Below are positions 24,079 through 31,693 of a DNA stretch of 41,064 bases, in pieces. A program made the position numbers and the translations under genes. The stretch comes from a virus, in the IMG/VR virus record IMGVR_UViG_3300046012_000660. The stretch is one strand, 5' to 3'. The notes under the pieces were generated by a model. That model did no database searches. It saw only the letters and a program-made list of their open reading frames with translations, and was not told the origin of the DNA. How positions within the stretch are numbered: position 1 is the first letter of the stretch; each line of letters opens with the position of its first letter.

Positions 24079-24430
24079 TCAGTTATTCGCATATCTTAGG
24101 GTCATCTCATTTGCCATTGTCCTGGTTATCATGGTGTTTGCAGCTATAAAGGGTTCGGCTCTCGGTTTTGCTCCTCATACGCCTGATATCGCATTGGATG
24201 CTGAAATACAGTATCATCGCCAGCAAACAGAGAAGCATAGAGATCAAAAGGCTAGCGAAAAGGTCGATAAATATAAACAGCATAAAGAAGACAAGAAGAA
24301 AGCGCCTCCTGAGCAGAAAAAGCCTAAAGAGAAAAAACACGGGCATAAAACAAAGCCCTCAAAACCGCCCAAGCCTTCAAGACAAGAGAAGAAAGACGCC
24401 AGAAAACATAAGGCGAGGACTTCAAGTTGA
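24053..24430 (+). CDS. Membrane-anchored protein with a Lys/Pro-rich basic tail (125 aa)
   Basis: AGGAG SD. TM helix VISFAIVLVIMVFAAI. The tail reads ...KKAPPEQKKPKEKKHGHKTKPSKPPKPSRQEKKDARKHKAR. Confidence 0.6.
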   Translation: MKNIHGSSSQLFAYLRVISFAIVLVIMVFAAIKGSALGFAPHTPDIALDAEIQYHRQQTEKHRDQKASEKVDKYKQHKEDKKKAPPEQKKPKEKKHGHKTKPSKPPKPSRQEKKDARKHKARTSS

Positions 24431-25083
24431 TTATTGACTGCATCTCCGACCTCCATGGTCACTATCCAGAACTAGAAGGTGGAGACTTGCTCATTGTGGC
24501 GGGGGATTTGACGCGAACCGATGACTACCAGGAATGGAAGGGATTTTTTACCTGGGTCAAGAGTCTGTGTTATAAAAAAAAGATCGTCATCTGCGGAAAC
24601 CACGATCGATATATGGAGTATAATCCAGGTTTTATGCAAGAGAGGTTCGACGAATTTACCTACCTCTGCGACTCCGGAACCGAATTCGAAGGTCTCAAAA
24701 TCTGGGGCTCTCCTTGGACTAAGCGATTTGAAGGAATGAATCCTAATTGCATGGCTTTTACGGTTGATACGGAAGAGGAGCTGGCTCAGAAGTGGGCGAT
24801 GATTCCAGAAAATATTGATATTTTGGTTACTCATTCCCCTTCTGAAGGAGTTTTAGATGAAATCAACGAAGTGACTAAATGGGGAACAAAGCACTTCAAC
24901 GTCGGAAGCTCAAGCCTTGTTATTCCTATGATTAAAAGTGGATGTAAGTTGCATGTTTTCGGTCACATTCATGAATCCTATGGGAAATTTTATAATGCAA
25001 TTAACGGAATAACCTATATCAACGCCTCCCACGTCAATGAAAAATACGAACCAGTCAATAAACCCATAAGAGTTATCCTGTGA
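24427..25083 (+). CDS. Calcineurin-like metallophosphoesterase
   Basis: Motifs DLHG, GDL, GNHD and GHIH appear in the canonical order. Confidence 0.85.
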   Translation: MIIDCISDLHGHYPELEGGDLLIVAGDLTRTDDYQEWKGFFTWVKSLCYKKKIVICGNHDRYMEYNPGFMQERFDEFTYLCDSGTEFEGLKIWGSPWTKRFEGMNPNCMAFTVDTEEELAQKWAMIPENIDILVTHSPSEGVLDEINEVTKWGTKHFNVGSSSLVIPMIKSGCKLHVFGHIHESYGKFYNAINGITYINASHVNEKYEPVNKPIRVIL

Positions 25084-25331
25084 AGTATATCATTCCCATC
25101 TTGATGTTCTTTGCATCTATCCTTTCCGCAGAAACGTTGCCTACTAAAACATTCAAATGGTACAAAGTCGAAGCCCTAGGTCATTCCTATATCGTATTCT
25201 ACGAAGATGTTACCAGTAATAACCTTCAAGTAAAACATGATCCAAGCTGCCAATGTCGTAAATTCACTGAAGAGCAAATAGCTAAAGTCATTGCCGAAGT
25301 TTTAAGGCTGCAAAGAAATCAAAAGGCTTGA
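25080..25331 (+). CDS. Small secreted protein (83 aa)
   Basis: GTGA coupling. Signal peptide MKYIIPILMFFASILSA. Confidence 0.5.
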   Translation: MKYIIPILMFFASILSAETLPTKTFKWYKVEALGHSYIVFYEDVTSNNLQVKHDPSCQCRKFTEEQIAKVIAEVLRLQRNQKA

Positions 25332-25343
25332 AATAGCTTAATC

Positions 25344-25601
25344 CTATTTCCCTACAACAGCCAATACTTGATCTTCATAAATCGCTAGGTATTTTTCTCC
25401 TTCAATCTCTACTGCATTACCTGTATGAGGGTTTAAGATGACAATATCAGACTCAATCAACTGCTCATCGACATCATGTCCAATAGCGATAACTTCTGCT
25501 TTAAATGGTTTTTTTTCGTTTACAGTAATGATGAGCTTTTTTTCATCTTTTTCTTCTGTAATTTCCTTTACGATGATGCGTTTACCTAATGATTTTATCA
25601 T
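25344..25601 (-). CDS. GroES-like co-chaperonin (85 aa)
   Basis: AGGAG SD. KRIIVKE..., ...KAEVIAIG... and ...GEKYLAIYEDQVLAVV align to the GroES/gp31-type pattern. Confidence 0.65.
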   Translation of the reverse strand: MIKSLGKRIIVKEITEEKDEKKLIITVNEKKPFKAEVIAIGHDVDEQLIESDIVILNPHTGNAVEIEGEKYLAIYEDQVLAVVGK

Positions 25602-25702
25602 TGGAAGACTCCTGTTTTCAACAACTTACCATTTGCAAAAAAAAAAGACAAATGAGATATATTGCTAAGCAATGATGTCATCAGCTTTCACTATGACGAA
25701 TT

Positions 25703-25731
25703 CCCCCTGAACCGTAAGTAAGGGGGTTTTT
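25703..25731. terminator. GC hairpin CCCCC-N14-GGGGG with a T5 run on the plus-strand side
   Basis: Read directly. It sits immediately after the stop of the leftward 55-aa ORF. The U-tract exists only for plus-strand transcripts. Confidence 0.35.
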
Positions 25732-25897
25732 ATTTTCTCTTTTTGAGTTTATTCAGATCGATCTCTTTAATATCATCTTGTAGATTGCAAAGGGAGTGTT
25801 CTAGGCGTATAAACGCGTCAGATAATATTTGAATATCGGTTGCAAGATGTTTAACCAGGTTTTCCAATGTTTCAATTCTTTTTTCTTGGTCTTTCAT
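25730..25897 (-). CDS. Small coiled-coil protein (55 aa), absent from the ORF track
   Basis: AAGGAG SD 7 nt upstream. Translation: MKDQEKRIETLENLVKHLATDIQILSDAFIRLEHSLCNLQDDIKEIDLNKLKKRK. Confidence 0.45.
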   Translation of the reverse strand: MKDQEKRIETLENLVKHLATDIQILSDAFIRLEHSLCNLQDDIKEIDLNKLKKRK

Positions 25898-25913
25898 ATG
25901 AAATCTCCTTTAT

Positions 25914-25986
25914 TGGGAATACTTGGATTTGAACCAAGGCACTACAAATTATGAGTTTGTTGCTCTACCAACTGAGCTATATTCCC
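25914..25986 (-). tRNA. tRNA with anticodon CAT (elongator Met, or Ile2 if lysidine-modified); no encoded CCA
   Basis: Hand-folded cloverleaf: GGGAATA / TA / GCTC-AGTTGGTA-GAGC / A / ACAAA-CTCATAA-TTTGT / AGTGC / CTTGG-TTCAAAT-CCAAG / TATTCCC plus discriminator A. G1-C72 is paired and the anticodon stem is AT-rich, which argues against an initiator. Confidence 0.9.
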
Positions 25987-26694
25987 TTACTCGTCTTCTT
26001 CTATCCATTTATAAGATTTGTTTTTTAAGATTCTGTTAATGGCCTGTTCTGACATTTCAAACATTTCGCATAATTGTTTTATCGTATATGACTTCCCTAG
26101 AGAACGAATCGTCTTTACATCGGCTGTTCTCTTGAAATTCCTCATCATTTTTTTCAAATACTCTGGGGATTTTCTTAGACAACCACAGCTCTGCATGTCG
26201 CCTAAATTATTGATGTTTTTTTCTCGCACAGCTCCACATTCGCAAATAACTTCATAAAATGAGTTAAACTTTTTTGGATTATTTGTTTTAGGCCTCATGC
26301 CTAAAAATTTTGTAATTGTGTATTTACCTATTTTTTTACCAATCCAGTTCTTTCGAGCTTTGCCCCTATTTTTTTCTTTAAGACAACCACAAGATTTTAT
26401 CTTGTTCTCGAACAGATCTTTCCCATTGTTGTATTTTATATTTCCGCATGAACATTTGCATTCATATCTTTTTTTAGATGGAATGAATTTTATGCACTTT
26501 AGTTTTCCAAATTTTTTGCCTATTACTTGATATTTTATTTTTGAGCATCCGCAAGTTAGTGTTTTTTTAAAGTCTGATCGTGAGATTATCTTTTCATTCC
26601 CGCAGTCGCATTTAACAAGGATCTTCCCCTGATCTAATTGTTTTAAACAGACTAATTTTCCATATCTTTTTTCAGTAAGATCAACTTTATTCAT
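25987..26694 (-). CDS. Triple zinc-ribbon repeat protein with a C-terminal HTH
   Basis: Three repeats of +.GKL........C.C.CG........(S/T)CGC. The C-terminus ...YTIKQLCEMFEMSEQAINRILKN is HTH-like. Confidence 0.6.
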   Translation of the reverse strand: MNKVDLTEKRYGKLVCLKQLDQGKILVKCDCGNEKIISRSDFKKTLTCGCSKIKYQVIGKKFGKLKCIKFIPSKKRYECKCSCGNIKYNNGKDLFENKIKSCGCLKEKNRGKARKNWIGKKIGKYTITKFLGMRPKTNNPKKFNSFYEVICECGAVREKNINNLGDMQSCGCLRKSPEYLKKMMRNFKRTADVKTIRSLGKSYTIKQLCEMFEMSEQAINRILKNKSYKWIEEDE

Positions 26695-27427
26695 CTAAAG
26701 AAAATGGTTGGTGATTTTTGAAATTATAAATCGAAATCAGAAGTTCCATCCATTGCTTTGAGTTTGCTTGAGGTTTTAATTCAAACCATTTTATAGAGAG
26801 CTTCTGTAACAAGATTTTTATTGGGATTCCACTGATAATTAAATATCTAAATGCCGAAGTGAAATAAGCGCTTTTAATCATGCTAAGAGGGGCAAGCCTT
26901 CGTTCTTTGGCCCAACATAAAAGCTCTTCATATGAGTCGATTAGGGTTTTATTTTGTATGTTATCGGAGGGGAATATAAATTTTCCCTTCTGAATTAAAT
27001 TACAAACTCCATGAGAAGATGTACCCAGAAGTAGGCAAAGCATTGCTTTGACATCAAGTTCTAGTTTTTTCATATATTCAATTAACAAAATGTAGTCTTT
27101 CAAATGATCTTTTACGGCATAAAATTTTATGGCATCTTTTACACTTCCACGCTTTTGGATAAGATTTGCATTTAAAATATGGGAATAGTCTACATCTCCC
27201 AATACATAGTAGATTTCTAATCCCAAATCCTGAGCTGCTGCCAGACGGTGTTGTCCATCAATAACTTCCATTTTTTCATTAACTATGATAGGGTGAAATG
27301 CCAGAAGATTATTTTCCTGAATTATATGCTTCAGGTTTTCAATATGCGATTTTTGCTTTTCTCTGTTGAAGCTTACGAATTTAAATATTGAGTAGTCGGT
27401 TGTCGACTGTATTTGTGGTTTTTTCAT
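26687..27427 (-). CDS. ParB N-terminal domain / DGQHR-motif protein
   Basis: ...FHPIIVNEKMEVIDGQHRLAAAQDLGLEIYYVL... is the ParB/Srx-fold signature (the DGQHR motif also seen in DndB-like proteins). Confidence 0.7.
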   Translation of the reverse strand: MKKPQIQSTTDYSIFKFVSFNREKQKSHIENLKHIIQENNLLAFHPIIVNEKMEVIDGQHRLAAAQDLGLEIYYVLGDVDYSHILNANLIQKRGSVKDAIKFYAVKDHLKDYILLIEYMKKLELDVKAMLCLLLGTSSHGVCNLIQKGKFIFPSDNIQNKTLIDSYEELLCWAKERRLAPLSMIKSAYFTSAFRYLIISGIPIKILLQKLSIKWFELKPQANSKQWMELLISIYNFKNHQPFSLDE

Positions 27428-27558
27428 AGCATTCCTTTTTTTTAAAAATTCTGCATAATTTTACCAAATTTGAAAGATATTATAAAGATATAAACATTCC
27501 TTACTTCCTTCTTCAATAAATCTCTTTCTCCTGCTATGTTGAAGAAAAGAGGTATATC

Positions 27559-28149
27559 ATGTCTATTTCAGCAGGCAGTAGAGGCGCGGCGGGTAATAAG
27601 ATCCCTAGAGGTTATTCAGCGGGTAGATTACAACAATTTACTCCAGAGCAGCAAAGCCTCTTTCAAAGCTTGTTTCCTTATGTCTCACCAGGCAGTCAAC
27701 TATCTCAACAAGCTCAAGGAAGCGACCAAGGATTTGGTCCTTTTGAGGATTATGCTCATCGACAATTTCAGGAGTTTAGTGGGGAAAATGCTTCACGGTT
27801 TAGTGGTTTGGGCATGGGAGCTAGAAAAGGAAGCGGTTTTCAGAATTCACAGACCCAAGGAGCGCAAGATTTCGCTAGCCAATTAGCTATGCAAAGACAG
27901 GGACTTCAAAGACAAGCCCTAATGGATTTAATGGGAATAAGTGGACAGATTTTAGGCCAAAGACCTGAAGAAAACTTTTTGATTAGAAAACAGCAAAAAC
28001 AACCGGGTTTTTGGAATAGGCTATTTGGAGCGGCTGCACCCATAGCAGGGGCTGGGATTGGAGGTTTATTTGGAGGGCCGATCGGGGCTTCTTTTGGATC
28101 ACAATTAGGCAGCGGATTGGCATCGGGCTTCCAACCAACGCAATATTGA
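27559..28149 (+). CDS. Gln/Gly-rich putative internal virion protein (196 aa)
   Basis: Low-complexity Q/G/S composition with a Gly-rich hydrophobic C-terminus, AAPIAGAGIGGLFGGPIGASFG. Function is inferred. Confidence 0.4.
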   Translation: MSISAGSRGAAGNKIPRGYSAGRLQQFTPEQQSLFQSLFPYVSPGSQLSQQAQGSDQGFGPFEDYAHRQFQEFSGENASRFSGLGMGARKGSGFQNSQTQGAQDFASQLAMQRQGLQRQALMDLMGISGQILGQRPEENFLIRKQQKQPGFWNRLFGAAAPIAGAGIGGLFGGPIGASFGSQLGSGLASGFQPTQY

Positions 28150-28156
28150 GGAATAT

Positions 28157-28777
28157 ATGTTACAAATTATAGACGAAATGCCTAAAAGACCCAAGTTTAT
28201 GGATCAATTGCTTGGGGGTGTACAAAAGGCTGGGCAACAATTGCCTGGACTACTTGGAAATATGGCTGAAGATCAGAAAATTGAACAATTGACAGGCCAG
28301 AATGTAAGTGGCCTCTCCCCGGAAATGAAGCAATTGTTTTTTCAAAATATCATGAAAGGCCAAGGCCAAAATCAAGCGAAACAAGGGGCATATCAAAAAG
28401 CTCAAGGATTGATAAATAGAGCCAAACAAATTTCTCAAACAGGACATCTTGGCCCCAAAGTCGGAATTCTTGGAACAGGGCGTGATTTTGGAAGCACCTT
28501 TTCATCAGAAGGACAGAAGCTTCGTTCTGAATATAAACAGATAGGTAAAGCTCTTGTTCAAGCTGCTGCTCCATTAAAAATTACGAATAGAGCAGAATTT
28601 CAACATTATGCAGAAGACTTAGAAGATCCAACAAGAAATTTAGAGGATATTCAAGGATCATTAGAAGCTCTTGAAAGAATTATACGCGATAGCATGCAAA
28701 TGGAACAATTAGACAGTTCAGTTGGATCGCCTGTATCGCAACAAAAAAGACCTTCTTTATCTTCATTTATGAGGTAA
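28157..28777 (+). CDS. Gln-rich putative internal virion protein (206 aa)
   Basis: Assigned from composition and position. Confidence 0.4.
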   Translation: MLQIIDEMPKRPKFMDQLLGGVQKAGQQLPGLLGNMAEDQKIEQLTGQNVSGLSPEMKQLFFQNIMKGQGQNQAKQGAYQKAQGLINRAKQISQTGHLGPKVGILGTGRDFGSTFSSEGQKLRSEYKQIGKALVQAAAPLKITNRAEFQHYAEDLEDPTRNLEDIQGSLEALERIIRDSMQMEQLDSSVGSPVSQQKRPSLSSFMR

Positions 28778-28779
28778 AT

Positions 28780-30366
28780 ATGGCCAAGAAATTTGATTTT
28801 GAAGGAGCGCGGAAAGCGGGTTATTCAGATCAAGAAATAGGGTCATATCTAGGTGAACAAAGCCCACATTTCGATGTACAAGGGGCAATTCAAGCAGGTT
28901 ATTCACCTGAAGAAGTCAGTGTTCATTTAAGTGAACTTAAACAACCCTCTAGAACAAAATCTATTCTTTCAGCGGGAACTAAGGGTTTGCGTAGGGGATT
29001 GGCTGCGTTAAATCCTTTATCGAGTGGTCCAATTCCTGAAAAATTAGCTGAAAGGGCTTTCGAAGAAAAAATGCCATCTCAAGAAAAAGGCGTTGAACAA
29101 TTTGTTGAAAGAGCCGGGGAATTGGCTCCTATTGTGGCAACAGGGCCAGAAGGGTTATTATCTAAAGGTATTCAACTAGGAGCCGGAACTTTAGCTGGTC
29201 ATATAGCTGAAAAAAAGGGGCTTGGGAAAACTGGCCAAGGCATTTCCGAAGCTACTGCAATGTCTATTCCAGGGCTAGTTAAGGCGGGTTTTAAAACTGT
29301 AAAAGGGGCTTTAACTAGAGAAACCGAGAAGTTACCTAGCGGTCTAACAAAAATCAAAGCACTAGAGGCCAAAAATCCTGCTCTTGCTTCTCTAGAATCA
29401 GTTAAACAGAAAGAAGTTGTAAGAAAGCTTAACGATGAAGCTTCTAAACTGACAAAAGCATCGGTTGAAAAAAACATTCCAATCTATAAAGAAATAGAAA
29501 AAGGATTTGATTTTCCTCAACATTTTGAAAAGCGATTTGGGGAATTACAAAAAGTTGCAGAAAAGGCGAACCCAGAAATAAACATTACTCCAGTTAGTGA
29601 ATTATTTGCAGCTACTAGAGAGAAATATCGAGGCATCCCAAGTCTGCATGCTGATGCCATTAAAATAGGTAAAGAAATACGATCCTTTGCAAATAAGCCT
29701 CAAACAGGATTGAAAAGCCTATATAGGATATATCGTTCAAACAATCAGAAATTAAAACATATTTATGAAACGGCGTTTACAGGTGGAAAACAGCAAGAAT
29801 ATGCCGATTTCTTGCTTGATATGAATAGAAGTATCGCTAGGTCATTTGAGCAAACGCTTCCTAAAGACTCTCTTTGGATGAAGAATTTCAGAGACCTTAA
29901 TAAGGGATATTCTCAATTCCAAGCGACTAAGAAGGCTCTAAAAGAACTAAGGCCACTCTTAGGCGGAAGACCTTCTCTTGAAAGACTTGAACGTTTTGCT
30001 AATGACGAGAAAACATTTAAGAAATTATCAATGTCGATGGGGAATTCCGGTGCGAAAGAGATTAGGCAGATAGCGACAGATTTAAAACAGTCAAGGGACG
30101 CTATTAGGAAGATTCCTATCAAAGATCTAACAGGATTTGACAAAGTCTATGCGATTTCATATTTGATTCCTGGATTGAAAGTTTTTGCTGGCGTTTTGAC
30201 AGCTCTTAAGGGGATTAAAGGATCAAAGCATCTCTATGGAATGTATCTTTCTACTCCGGCAAGACGAAGAGCTTACCAAGAATCGTTAAGGGCATTAATA
30301 TCTAATGATCTACCTGCCTATACTAAGGCAACGGCTGTTTTGAAGAATGAAATGGAAAAGAATTAG
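28780..30366 (+). CDS. Putative internal virion or ejection protein (528 aa)
   Basis: Two N-terminal repeats (GARKAGYSDQEIGSYL and GAIQAGYSPEEVSVHL), Lys-rich helical body. Function is inferred. Confidence 0.4.
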   Translation: MAKKFDFEGARKAGYSDQEIGSYLGEQSPHFDVQGAIQAGYSPEEVSVHLSELKQPSRTKSILSAGTKGLRRGLAALNPLSSGPIPEKLAERAFEEKMPSQEKGVEQFVERAGELAPIVATGPEGLLSKGIQLGAGTLAGHIAEKKGLGKTGQGISEATAMSIPGLVKAGFKTVKGALTRETEKLPSGLTKIKALEAKNPALASLESVKQKEVVRKLNDEASKLTKASVEKNIPIYKEIEKGFDFPQHFEKRFGELQKVAEKANPEINITPVSELFAATREKYRGIPSLHADAIKIGKEIRSFANKPQTGLKSLYRIYRSNNQKLKHIYETAFTGGKQQEYADFLLDMNRSIARSFEQTLPKDSLWMKNFRDLNKGYSQFQATKKALKELRPLLGGRPSLERLERFANDEKTFKKLSMSMGNSGAKEIRQIATDLKQSRDAIRKIPIKDLTGFDKVYAISYLIPGLKVFAGVLTALKGIKGSKHLYGMYLSTPARRRAYQESLRALISNDLPAYTKATAVLKNEMEKN

Positions 30367-30423
30367 CGGTTCATAAGACATAGCCAAATTGCAACGACAA
30401 TGCTTAATGCAATAAATCCCATC

Positions 30424-30666
30424 TTATTTCTCCTCCGCTACTGCCATCAATTCTTTTGGAAATTGATCTTTGACCATCAATACTGCTTTCATTACGGCCA
30501 TGTCTTTCTCTAATTCAGCAAATTTAAGATCAACTTTTGCGAATCTTTCGTAAACTTGTGTGAATTTTTCATCAACTTGAGTGAATTTATGATTCATCCA
30601 AAAAACAGAAGATAAAATTCCCCCTAAAACAACAACCGTATCCACATGTTTTTTAAACAGATTCAT
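30424..30666 (-). CDS. Single-pass membrane protein with a coiled-coil (80 aa)
   Basis: TM helix VVVLGGILSSVFWM, then the repeats KFTQVDEKFTQVYERFAKVDLKFAELEKD. Confidence 0.55.
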   Translation of the reverse strand: MNLFKKHVDTVVVLGGILSSVFWMNHKFTQVDEKFTQVYERFAKVDLKFAELEKDMAVMKAVLMVKDQFPKELMAVAEEK

Positions 30667-30749
30667 AAATTGTCCTCATTTTCCCAATCATTATAGACGA
30701 AAACCTCGATTATTCCAAGATAAAAAGGGGGATTTCTCCCCCTAAAAGA

Positions 30750-31436
30750 TCAAATGCGTAATCTCTTTTTTAATTCCTTCATCTTTTCATAAGCATTTTT
30801 TTGACCCGCTTCACTAAAATCACCTGCTGCTGCATAAGGAGCCGATCCTACGCCCGAAGGCTGGTAATAGGGGCTTCTCTTATTAGCGTCAATTTTTTCC
30901 TGTACAGAAGATTGTTTTTGTTCGGGCTTATCCACGCCAAGGGCTTTAATATTCTCATAGACGAGTTTTTGCCTTTCAAACCCATCTGGCATCCTTAATA
31001 TGTTTTCAGCAAGTCTTGGGTGCTTCTGTGCAAACTTCTCAATGGTATCAGGGTTCATGACTTGTTCAAAATCAGCATTTTCTCTCAAATAACTATGCTT
31101 TCTCTCTACTTCAATCATCGCAGCTGCTTTTGCTTCAGCTTTTTGGTCTATTGTTTTTTCAATGTTGGCTTGAAATTTGTTAAGTTCTTTAGATAATTTT
31201 CGACGATCGACATAAGGCTCATTGTCTTCTTGATCGTCTTCATCATCGGAACTAGATTTTCTTGATCTTTCTTGAGAAGCTCTTTCAAGAGCAGCAATTC
31301 TCTCCTCGGCTTGTTGTCTTGCGAGTCGTTCTTGTTCGAGCTGACGTTCGTACATTTTACGTTGTTTTGAAAGATTGCTTTCAATAGTGTCATTCTTTGT
31401 TTCCTGTGTTGGATTGACTTGTACTTCTTCTGACAT
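30750..31436 (-). CDS. Scaffold-like acidic coiled-coil protein (228 aa from the ATG at 31436)
   Basis: AAGGA lies 5 nt before the third in-frame ATG; the track's start at 31511 would abut the divergent gene. The protein is highly charged, helical and Glu/Lys/Gln-rich. Confidence 0.4.
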   Translation of the reverse strand: MSEEVQVNPTQETKNDTIESNLSKQRKMYERQLEQERLARQQAEERIAALERASQERSRKSSSDDEDDQEDNEPYVDRRKLSKELNKFQANIEKTIDQKAEAKAAAMIEVERKHSYLRENADFEQVMNPDTIEKFAQKHPRLAENILRMPDGFERQKLVYENIKALGVDKPEQKQSSVQEKIDANKRSPYYQPSGVGSAPYAAAGDFSEAGQKNAYEKMKELKKRLRI

Positions 31437-31513
31437 ATACATCCTTTTCATCTTGACGCCGATGCGCGGTTGGATATATGTTCGTCTAACATAAACACTT
31501 ATTTGAGGCAACT

Positions 31514-31693
31514 ATGGACATCGACGAGCTGGAGAAGTTTATGAACTATGCAAAAGTTGCAAATCCAACTTACAATTCGGCCGAACACTTCCTTTGCGTA
31601 ATCAATAGATTGAGATGGTTGGAGAGAAGAATGGGCGATTTACAAGGTGAATTGGAGTATTTGAGGGAAGATGATGAAGATTACAAGAACTGA
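31514..31693 (+). CDS. Small protein (59 aa), absent from the ORF track
   Basis: Translation: MDIDELEKFMNYAKVANPTYNSAEHFLCVINRLRWLERRMGDLQGELEYLREDDEDYKN. A TTGACG-N16/17-TATATG promoter-like sequence lies upstream. Confidence 0.4.
   Translation: MDIDELEKFMNYAKVANPTYNSAEHFLCVINRLRWLERRMGDLQGELEYLREDDEDYKN

Noticed and set aside
24427-25083. Considered the metallophosphoesterase as the missing lysis enzyme
   Set aside because: Its DLHG/GNHD/GHIH motifs define phosphoester hydrolases, not peptidoglycan hydrolases, and it has no signal peptide or cell-wall-binding domain.
30365-30421. 18-codon hydrophobic micro-ORF (MGFIALSIVVAIWLCLMNR) on the minus strand, 2 nt after the stop of 30424-30666
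   Set aside because: It is too short and has no SD. It overlaps the convergent stop of the 528-aa gene, and nothing in the sequence alone supports it.
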